Positions 52,395 through 59,177 of a DNA stretch of 64,000 nucleotides are shown here, piece by piece. The stretch's first letter is position 1; the number at the start of each line of letters is the position of its first letter. The DNA comes from Pseudomonadota bacterium (GTDB lineage Bacteria > Pseudomonadota > Gammaproteobacteria > Burkholderiales > SG8-39): the NCBI GenBank assembly GCA_038040245.1, contig JBBPIU010000002.1, forward strand, positions 2,651 through 66,650, read 5' to 3'. Below the pieces are notes generated by a model. The model saw only the letters and a program-made list of their open reading frames with translations. It had not been told where the DNA came from and searched no databases. The position numbers and the translations under genes were made by a program.

Positions 52395-52790
52395 ATGCCG
52401 GAGATGACGATCGGTGCGCTGGCGAAGGCTTGCGGGGTGGGCGTGGAAACAGTCCGTTACTACCAGCGACGGGGGTTGCTCGCGGAACCGCAGCGCCGGT
52501 CGGGCGGGGTGCGGCGCTACGGCGCGGATGCCGTTGCGCGGCTTGGCTTCATCCGGCGCGCGCAGGATGTCGGTTTTACGCTGGACGAAGTGAAAACGCT
52601 GCTGAAGCTCGGTGAAACGCCGAACTGCCGCGGGGCACGCACGCTCGCCGCCCAAAAGCTGGAGGTGGTCAAGGCGCGCTTGCGCGACCTGCAACGCGTT
52701 CGCCGTGCACTCGCGGAACTGATCGAACGATGCGACGCTGGACGGGAGCGCCATTGCCCGATCATCGAAAGCCTGGCCCGCGGCGCCTAG
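52395..52790 (+). CDS. merR: Hg(II)-responsive transcriptional regulator MerR
   Basis: HTH TIGALAKACGVGVETVRYYQRRGLL. Cys at residues 78, 113 and 121, spaced 35 and 8 residues apart (Tn501 MerR, from memory, 35 and 9). Confidence 0.85.
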   Translation: MPEMTIGALAKACGVGVETVRYYQRRGLLAEPQRRSGGVRRYGADAVARLGFIRRAQDVGFTLDEVKTLLKLGETPNCRGARTLAAQKLEVVKARLRDLQRVRRALAELIERCDAGRERHCPIIESLARGA

Positions 52791-53428
52791 AACGGGCTGA
52801 GTAGGCCGTTCGCAGACGCGGTGTCGCGCAGCCTTGCGCACTGGGCTTGGGAGAGCCGGATATTCTCCGGCGCGGTGTTGTCACGCATCAGATTGCCCGG
52901 CACTTCCGAGTGCTCGCCGTTGTCCATCAGCACATGGGCAAGCTCATGCGCGAGCACGATGCCGAGGTCGCGCGTGCCGCGCGTTATCCAGACCGTGTCC
53001 CCGAGTTCCGGCCGGGTGCGGCTGTTGCCGCGGCCGATGGCTTCCGCGTCGAAGGCCGGGCGCTGGCGTGTGCCGGCGACGAAGTAGACCGCGGGCCTGG
53101 CGAGGGGCAGCGCGCGCGCCAGTTCGCGCGAAACCGGCGTGTGGAAATCGCGGAAGCGAACCGGTGCGTCGATCAATACCAGTTCAACCTTCGCCAGCGC
53201 CACGCCGCACTGCCCGAGGATCTGTGCGCTCTCGCGGACCGCGGGGAGGATGGCCTCCGGCGCCCAGCCGCCGCCTGCCAGGTAGGCGAGCGTCAGGCTG
53301 AGGTGGTGCGAAGGAGGCAGCGCGCTGCGCTCGACCGTGAGCTCGCGCCGTTCAAGCACCGCGATCGAATCCGAATCCCGCGCCAGCGCGGGAAAAGCAG
53401 CAAGCAGCAGGATGAGGAGCGTTCGCAT
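52787..53428 (-). CDS. Secreted hypothetical protein with an HExxH motif (putative Zn-metallopeptidase-like)
   Basis: Signal peptide MRTLLILLLAAFPALA and HELAHVLMDNGEH. No family recognised by eye. Confidence 0.5.
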   Translation of the reverse strand: MRTLLILLLAAFPALARDSDSIAVLERRELTVERSALPPSHHLSLTLAYLAGGGWAPEAILPAVRESAQILGQCGVALAKVELVLIDAPVRFRDFHTPVSRELARALPLARPAVYFVAGTRQRPAFDAEAIGRGNSRTRPELGDTVWITRGTRDLGIVLAHELAHVLMDNGEHSEVPGNLMRDNTAPENIRLSQAQCARLRDTASANGLLSPF

Positions 53429-53505
53429 GTTCGAAATCACGACAGGAATCGTTTGATTTTAGTCTCGCCTGCCTCTAGTCTTGCGCTCTCCCTGAGGAGG
53501 GTGCC

Positions 53506-54459
53506 ATGAGACTGCTTGCCCTGCTGGCCGCCGCGCTCCTGTCCACTGCCGTATTCGCCCAGAACTATCCGAACCGGCCGGTGCGCTTCATCGTCTCCTT
53601 TCCACCGGGCGGCAGTTCCGACCTGATCGCGCGCGCTATCGCGCCGCGCATGGCGGAGCGCATGGGCCAGCCGGTGCTGGTCGAAAACCGCCCGGGCGCC
53701 GGCGGCATGATCGGCGTCGACCTGGTCGCCAAGGCGCCACCCGATGGCTACACCATCGGCCTCGCGGCGGCCGGCGCGCTGTCCTCCAACATCAGCCTTT
53801 ACCCGAGCATGCCGTTCCACCCCGAGAGGGACTTGGCGCCGATCTCGATGCTCGCCATGATCCCGTTCTTCCTGGTCGCGCATCCGTCGCAACCCTCCTC
53901 GTTGAAGCAATTGATTGAAGCGGCAAAGGCAAAACCGGGAGAGATCGCGGTCGGTTACGGTGGCAACGGCTCGACCATGCATCTGGCAGGCGAGCTCTTC
54001 AACATGATGGCGGGCATCAAGCTGCAGCCGGTGCCGTACAAGGGCAGCGGTCCGGTGTCGGCCGACGTACTCGGCGGACAGGTGCCGCTTGGCGTGGTGG
54101 ACGTGCCCTCGGCGATCGCACACGTGCGGGCCGGCAAGATGCGGGCGCTCGCGGTCACCTCGAAGCGACGCATCGCCGCCGCGCCGGAGGTGCCGACGTT
54201 CGAGGAAGCCGGCGTGCCGGGCTACGAGGCGATCGGCTGGTTCGGCGTCGTTGCGCCGGCGAATACCCCTGCCGACATCATCAACCGGTTGAACATGGAA
54301 ATAGCAGCGGCGCTGTCGGTTCCGGAGATTCGCGACCGCGCGCTCGCCGCTGGCGCTGAGCCCCTCACCAACACGCCGCAGGAGTTCGCCGCCATGATCC
54401 GCGAAGAGACACGCAAATGGGCGCAGGTCATCCGCAGCGCCAACATCAAGCTTCAATGA
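53506..54459 (+). CDS. Bug/TctC-family tripartite tricarboxylate transporter substrate-binding protein
   Basis: Signal peptide, YPNRPVRFIVSFPPGGSSD, typical C-terminus EFAAMIREETRKWAQVIR. Confidence 0.9.
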   Translation: MRLLALLAAALLSTAVFAQNYPNRPVRFIVSFPPGGSSDLIARAIAPRMAERMGQPVLVENRPGAGGMIGVDLVAKAPPDGYTIGLAAAGALSSNISLYPSMPFHPERDLAPISMLAMIPFFLVAHPSQPSSLKQLIEAAKAKPGEIAVGYGGNGSTMHLAGELFNMMAGIKLQPVPYKGSGPVSADVLGGQVPLGVVDVPSAIAHVRAGKMRALAVTSKRRIAAAPEVPTFEEAGVPGYEAIGWFGVVAPANTPADIINRLNMEIAAALSVPEIRDRALAAGAEPLTNTPQEFAAMIREETRKWAQVIRSANIKLQ

Positions 54460-54551
54460 GCATTGTCATGGACGTCTACACCCACATGCTCAACGAGGCA
54501 TGGCTGCGGCCGCTCGAGAAACACGGCCGTCCGCAGTGGTCGCGCGCCTGA
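54456..54551 (+). pseudogene. 5' fragment (31 codons) of an amidohydrolase paralogous to 57363-58349
   Basis: MSIVMDVYTHMLNEAWLRPLEKHGRPQW aligns with MSPVIDVHTHMLNNEWLKLLEKHGRPRY. ATGA-coupled to tctC, then stops. Confidence 0.7.
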
Positions 54552-54721
54552 ACGCCGAAATGCAGAGGTTCCAGCACACCGAGGAGTTTCGCACCCTGCC
54601 GGTCAAGTTCGGCATGGAGCCTTGGGCGCCGATTTCGGTAGCGGAGTTCGCCGCGATCGTGAAGCACGACGTCGGCCGCTGGGCGGGGGTGGTCAAGGCC
54701 GCGGGCCTGAAAGTGGACTGA
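54536..54721 (+). pseudogene. 3' fragment (~61 codons) of a second Bug/TctC gene, fused out of frame to the amidohydrolase fragment
   Basis: VVARLNAEMQRF...PISVAEFAAIVKHDVGRWAGVVKAAGLKVD aligns with the C-terminus of 53506-54459. Confidence 0.7.
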
Positions 54722-54731
54722 CGTCGTTCGA

Positions 54732-55370
54732 TCAGTGGTGCGATTCCACTGGTTGCGTTGAATGCATCGCACCAAGTTCGGCGCGGGCGCGGCGGATCAC
54801 CTCGCGTGATGAAAGAAGACTCAATGCCGCCATGAGGAGCGCCGCGGTGGCATCCGGCCAGAGCGTCCCAGTCCCGAACACGCCCGCGGCGGCCGCGAGT
54901 ACCGCGAGGTTGCCGAGCGCATCGTTGCGGGTGCAAAGCCATACCGAGCGCATGTTGGCATCGCCGTTGCGGTACGCATAGAGCAGCCACGCGACGCCGA
55001 GGTTTGCCGTCAGCGCGAGCGTGCCGACGACGCCCATCATCACAGGTTCCGGCGGCTCGCCGCCCGCCACGCGCCACGCGGTAAAAGCGAGAACGCCCAT
55101 GCCGTAGACAGCCATGGCGTACCCCTTCAGCAGCGCGGTGCGCGAGGCCCAAAAGCCGCCGGCGGCAATGGCGGCGAGGCTGAGGCCGTAGTTGACGGCG
55201 TCGCCGGCAAAGTCCGCGGCATCGGCGGCAAGCGACGCAGAACCGGAAACGATGCTGGTCGCCAGTTCGACGAAGAACATGGCGGTGTTTACCGCAAGCG
55301 CGATCCAGAGAATCGCGCGGTAGCGCGGCCCTCCGTTCGCGGCCGTGTGGTTGCAGCAGTTGGCGCTCAT
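54732..55370 (-). CDS. Minimal cation diffusion facilitator (TM domain only) with a Cys in the TM5 metal site
   Basis: 212 aa. CDF TM2 LAADAADFAGD and TM5 NMRSVWLCTRNDALGN. N-terminal CCNH. No cytoplasmic C-terminal domain. Confidence 0.75.
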   Translation of the reverse strand: MSANCCNHTAANGGPRYRAILWIALAVNTAMFFVELATSIVSGSASLAADAADFAGDAVNYGLSLAAIAAGGFWASRTALLKGYAMAVYGMGVLAFTAWRVAGGEPPEPVMMGVVGTLALTANLGVAWLLYAYRNGDANMRSVWLCTRNDALGNLAVLAAAAGVFGTGTLWPDATAALLMAALSLLSSREVIRRARAELGAMHSTQPVESHH

Positions 55371-55379
55371 GCTTTGCGC

Positions 55380-55410
55380 ATTGCAAACCCTGTAGTTACT
55401 ATCGGGTCAA
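55380..55410 (-). promoter_or_regulatory. CadR/PbrR-type (MerR-family) promoter/operator of the CDF gene
   Basis: Minus strand: TTGACC-CGATAGTAACTACAGGGTT-TGCAAT (19-nt spacer). Dyad ACCCTGTAG-T-T-ACTATCGGGT. Resembles my recollection of the pbr operator ATAGTAACTAGAGGGT. Confidence 0.7.
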
Positions 55411-55431
55411 GCTTCTTCTCGAAAGACCCCG

Positions 55432-55869
55432 ATGCGCATAGGTGAACTGGCGGCGCAAGCCGGCGTGGACGTCCAGACGCTTCGCTACTACGAGCGCGAG
55501 GGCCTGATCGACGCGCCGTCGCGCACCGCGTCGGGATACCGGACTTACGGGCCCGTGCATCTGGAACGCATGCAATTCATACGCCACTGCCGGTCACTCG
55601 ACATGCCTTTGGCCGACGTGAAGCGGCTGATCGCGCTCTCCGGCGATAAGGGTGTGTCCTGCGATGAGGTGAACGGGATGGTGCAGCGGCACTTGGAGCG
55701 GGTACGGGCCAAGCGCGCGGCGCTCGAGCTGCTGGAAAAGCAGCTCGCCGAACTCAACGCCCAATGCGAGGCCGGGCACCGGGTCGCCGACTGCGGAATT
55801 CTCGAGGAGCTGATCCACGCGGCGCAAGGCGAGGCCTGTGCCTGCCATCCACGAGCGCGCGCTAGCTAG
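55432..55869 (+). CDS. cadR: Cd(II)/Pb(II)-responsive MerR-family regulator
   Basis: MRIGELAAQAGVDVQTLRYYEREGLI. Cys in VSCDEV and the CEAGHRVADC loop. C-terminal CACH. Confidence 0.85.
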   Translation: MRIGELAAQAGVDVQTLRYYEREGLIDAPSRTASGYRTYGPVHLERMQFIRHCRSLDMPLADVKRLIALSGDKGVSCDEVNGMVQRHLERVRAKRAALELLEKQLAELNAQCEAGHRVADCGILEELIHAAQGEACACHPRARAS

Positions 55870-56912
55870 TGCGTGTGACGGTGGTGCAGGTCCGGATAGT
55901 GCGGATGAAAGTGCGACAGCGCCTCGTGCCGGTGCGGATGCACATGCGGCTCGCGGCCATCCCATGGGGAGTCGTGCGCGTGCCGGTGGTGCGCATCGTG
56001 TACGTGCTCGTGGGCGTGCTCCAGCTCCTCGTGCACATGCGCGTGCTCGTGATGTTCCGATAAGTGCAGCCACACGCCAAGCGCCATCAATCCTGCCGCC
56101 AGCCAGAACGCAGTCCCCGGGCGCTCGCCCAACATGGCGAGCGCAAGGGCCGCGCCGAAGAACGGCGCCACCGAGAAATAGGCGCCGGTGCGCGCCGTGC
56201 CCAGATTCCTCAGGGCCACGATGAACAGGACGAGGCTCACGCCGTAGCCGAGGAAGCCAAGGAGACCTGCGCCGATCCAGCCAGCTGCCGTGGGCAGCGG
56301 CGCGGCCAGCGCCCAGGCAAGCGCGAGGCTCACCGTGCCGGCGACGAGTCCTTTCACGCAGGCAAGCGTCGCCGCGTCGCCGCCCGAAACGCGGCGCGTG
56401 AGATTGTTGTCGAGCGCCCAGGCGAGGCAGGCAGCGGCGATGAGGAGCGCGCCGCCCGGACTCTCTGTCCTTGGCGCCGCGTCGGCGGAGAGCAACACGC
56501 CACCGGCGACGATGGCGGCCATGCCGGCGAATACGCGCCGGTCCACGTTCTCGCGGAAAACCGTCCATGCGATGGCCGCGGTCATAACCGCCTCGAGGTT
56601 GAGCAGCAGCGAGGCGGTGGAAGCGTCGGTGCGCGCCAATCCCTGCATCAGCAGGATCGGGCCGGCGACGCCGCCGGCCGCGATGGCCGCCGCGATCCAG
56701 GGCCAGTCCGGCCGCGCGATCGGTGCCGCGGGTGCGCGGCCGGGCAGGCGCGCGCGCACGGCGATCCATGCCGCAAGGCCGATGCCGCTGCCCAGGTAGA
56801 GCGCCGCCGCGAGCACCAGAGGCGATACCTCGCCCAGCAGCAGCTTGGCGAACGGTATGCTCGCACCGAACAGCGCAGCCGCGCCAAGCGCGCTGGCTAC
56901 ACCGGTGTTCAT
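55866..56912 (-). CDS. EamA/DMT-family transporter with a ~64-aa His-rich C-terminal tail
   Basis: Ten predicted TM helices, two EamA repeats, tail SEHHEHAHVHEELEHAHEHVHDAHHRHAHD...HPHRHEALSHFHPHYPDLHHRHTH. Confidence 0.8.
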   Translation of the reverse strand: MNTGVASALGAAALFGASIPFAKLLLGEVSPLVLAAALYLGSGIGLAAWIAVRARLPGRAPAAPIARPDWPWIAAAIAAGGVAGPILLMQGLARTDASTASLLLNLEAVMTAAIAWTVFRENVDRRVFAGMAAIVAGGVLLSADAAPRTESPGGALLIAAACLAWALDNNLTRRVSGGDAATLACVKGLVAGTVSLALAWALAAPLPTAAGWIGAGLLGFLGYGVSLVLFIVALRNLGTARTGAYFSVAPFFGAALALAMLGERPGTAFWLAAGLMALGVWLHLSEHHEHAHVHEELEHAHEHVHDAHHRHAHDSPWDGREPHVHPHRHEALSHFHPHYPDLHHRHTH

Positions 56913-57292
56913 GGAACCGCCAGCGCAGCCGGGCGGCGCGCGATCGTGGTGCGGAACCGCTTGATGCCCTCCGGCGCCGGGAATTGTTCGACGCGGTCCT
57001 CGAGCATCTGCCAGCCCGTGAGGGTCCGCGGCAGTTCCTCCTCGCCGAACAGGCAGTAGCCGGCTTTCTCGTCGAACATTCCCATGAAGGTCGTTCCTTC
57101 GATCAGCAGGTTGACGATCAGCGTTCCTGCGGGACGAACTGCCTCCAGCGCACGGGCGCGCGATTTCAGGCTCTCGATCGCCGCCGGGCTCCCATCCAGC
57201 GCCAGGACATGCGCGCCTCGCGCGGCCGCCGCCTGACGCCGGAACTGGGCGTCGAAGAATCGTACCGAACCGCTATCGACTGAGCCGGTCAT
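56909..57292 (-). CDS. Short methyltransferase-like protein lacking a recognisable GxGxG SAM motif (possibly degenerate)
   Basis: RFFDAQFRRQ..., HVLALDGSPAAIESL and VRPAGTLIVNLLIEG resemble class-I MTase segments, but the protein is only 127 aa. ATGA overlap with the DMT gene. Confidence 0.4.
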   Translation of the reverse strand: MTGSVDSGSVRFFDAQFRRQAAAARGAHVLALDGSPAAIESLKSRARALEAVRPAGTLIVNLLIEGTTFMGMFDEKAGYCLFGEEELPRTLTGWQMLEDRVEQFPAPEGIKRFRTTIARRPAALAVP

Positions 57293-57362
57293 GAAAGGAC
57301 CTGCGAAACACGGAGGCCGATACTATGCGCCTTGGGTTAGGCTAGGAATAGAGGAGAGTTCC

Positions 57363-58349
57363 ATGTCGCCTGTCATCGACGTTCACACCCACATGCTCAA
57401 CAACGAGTGGCTGAAGCTGCTCGAGAAGCACGGCCGCCCGCGCTACACGCTCAAGGCGGTGACCGGCGGGCTGCGCGCCATCCACCTCGACGGCGCGCCG
57501 TTCATGACGCCGGTGCCCGAGATGTTCGACTGGGACCTGCGCATCAAGAACATGGACCGCGTGGGCATCGACGTTTCCGTGGTGTCGCTCACGTGCCCGA
57601 ACGTCTACTGGGGTGGGGAGAAGGTGAGCCTCAAGGCGGCGCGGGTGATGAACGACGAGATGGCAAGGGCGCGCAAGACCTGGCCCGACCGGATCCAGTG
57701 GCTCTGCTCGCTGCCCTGGCAGTACGAGAAGGCGGCGCTCGCGGAACTGAAGCGCTCGCTCAAGGCCGGCGCCTGTGGCGTGATGGTGCTCGCCAATATC
57801 GGCGGCAAGGCGCTTACCGATCCGTCTTTCGCGAAGATCTGGCAGGCGATCGACGCTGCGAAGCTGCCGGTGCTGATCCATCCGACCGCGCCGCCGGGAG
57901 TCAAGGAGATGGAGATGGCGCAATTCCAGCTGGTCGCCACGATCGGTTTCACCACGGATACGACGCTCGCGGTGGCGCGCATGATCTACGACGGCTTCTT
58001 CGACCGCTTCCAGAAACTGAAAATCATCGCCAGCCACGGCGGCGGCACCTTGCCGTACCTGATCGGGCGCATGGATCAGTGCTATGAGCACATCCCCGCC
58101 TGCCGCACCAAGACGCAGGAGAAGCCGAGCCTTCATGCGCGGCGCATCTACGCCGATTCGGTGGTCTTCACCGACGATGCGCTGGCGATGGCGGTGAACG
58201 TGTTCGGCTCGGGCAACGTGCTCTACGGCTCGGATTATCCGCACACCATCGGCGACCCGATCGGCTGCCTCGCGCGCGTCGACCGGCTGCCCGACGGCGT
58301 GCGGGAGAGGGTGCGGGGCCAAAACGCGCTCCGCGCGTTTTCCTTCTAG
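57363..58349 (+). CDS. Amidohydrolase-2 (ACMSD-like) family metal-dependent hydrolase
   Basis: IDVHTHM metal motif, ...IASHGGG..., YGSDYPH. ATG 57363 after AGAGGAGAG. Confidence 0.85.
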   Translation: MSPVIDVHTHMLNNEWLKLLEKHGRPRYTLKAVTGGLRAIHLDGAPFMTPVPEMFDWDLRIKNMDRVGIDVSVVSLTCPNVYWGGEKVSLKAARVMNDEMARARKTWPDRIQWLCSLPWQYEKAALAELKRSLKAGACGVMVLANIGGKALTDPSFAKIWQAIDAAKLPVLIHPTAPPGVKEMEMAQFQLVATIGFTTDTTLAVARMIYDGFFDRFQKLKIIASHGGGTLPYLIGRMDQCYEHIPACRTKTQEKPSLHARRIYADSVVFTDDALAMAVNVFGSGNVLYGSDYPHTIGDPIGCLARVDRLPDGVRERVRGQNALRAFSF

Positions 58350-58375
58350 TATTCCGGGCGTATATTCGACTTCAA

Positions 58376-59149
58376 ATGACGATCTACCATCAGGGCGCGG
58401 CGCGGGTCGCGCGCGAGCTTCCAATGACCCAGGTTGAGCGCGAGGCGCGCGTGCAGCTCGCCGCCTGCTACCGCATCTTCAACCACCTCGGCTGGACCGA
58501 GATGATCTTCAACCACATCACGCTGCGGGTTCCGGGCCCGGAGAAGCTGTTTTTGATCAACCCGTTCGGCCTGCACTACAGCGAGATCACCGCTTCGAAC
58601 CTGGTGCTGATCGACATCGAAGGCAGTGCGGTGCGCGAAGCGAAGTGGCCGGTGAACAAGGCGGGTTTCGTGATCCACAGCGCGATCCACGGCGCCATTC
58701 CAGAGGCGCATTGCGTCATGCACACGCATACCACCACCGGAATGGCGGTCGCCTGCCAGACAGACGGACTGTCGCCGACCAACTTCTACGCCGCGCAACT
58801 GCACGGCGGCGTCGCCTATCACGACTTCGAGGGCATCACGGTGGAAGAAGGCGAGAAGACGCGCCTCGTCGCCAGTGTCGGCGGCAAACGCGCGGTGATC
58901 CTGCGCAACCACGGCTTGCTCGCGTGGGGTCCCTCGCTGCCCGAGGCGTTCATGACGCTCTGGACGCTGCAGCGCGCCTGCGACGTGCAGATCGCCTCGA
59001 GCAGCGCGGGCATGCTCAATCCCATCAGGAGCGACGTGTTTGCCCAAACGGTGCGCGAATCCGGCCCTGGCGAGAAGCGCACCTGCGACGACGTATTCGC
59101 CGCGATGCAGCGCCTGGTCGACGCCAAGGACCCGCGCTACCGCGAGTGA
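58376..59149 (+). CDS. Class II aldolase/adducin-family protein
   Basis: HSAIHGAIPEAHCVMHTHT and NHGLLAWG motifs. Confidence 0.85.
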   Translation: MTIYHQGAARVARELPMTQVEREARVQLAACYRIFNHLGWTEMIFNHITLRVPGPEKLFLINPFGLHYSEITASNLVLIDIEGSAVREAKWPVNKAGFVIHSAIHGAIPEAHCVMHTHTTTGMAVACQTDGLSPTNFYAAQLHGGVAYHDFEGITVEEGEKTRLVASVGGKRAVILRNHGLLAWGPSLPEAFMTLWTLQRACDVQIASSSAGMLNPIRSDVFAQTVRESGPGEKRTCDDVFAAMQRLVDAKDPRYRE

Positions 59150-59177
59150 AGGCCCGGCTGTTCGAGGCGGACCAGGC

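Noticed and set aside
51474-52800. Tn21/Tn501-type 38-bp terminal inverted repeats or res sites flanking the mer genes.
   Set aside because: I did not see the GGGGTCGTCTCAGAAAACGG-type repeat on either side. The mer cluster abuts cusA and the HExxH gene directly.
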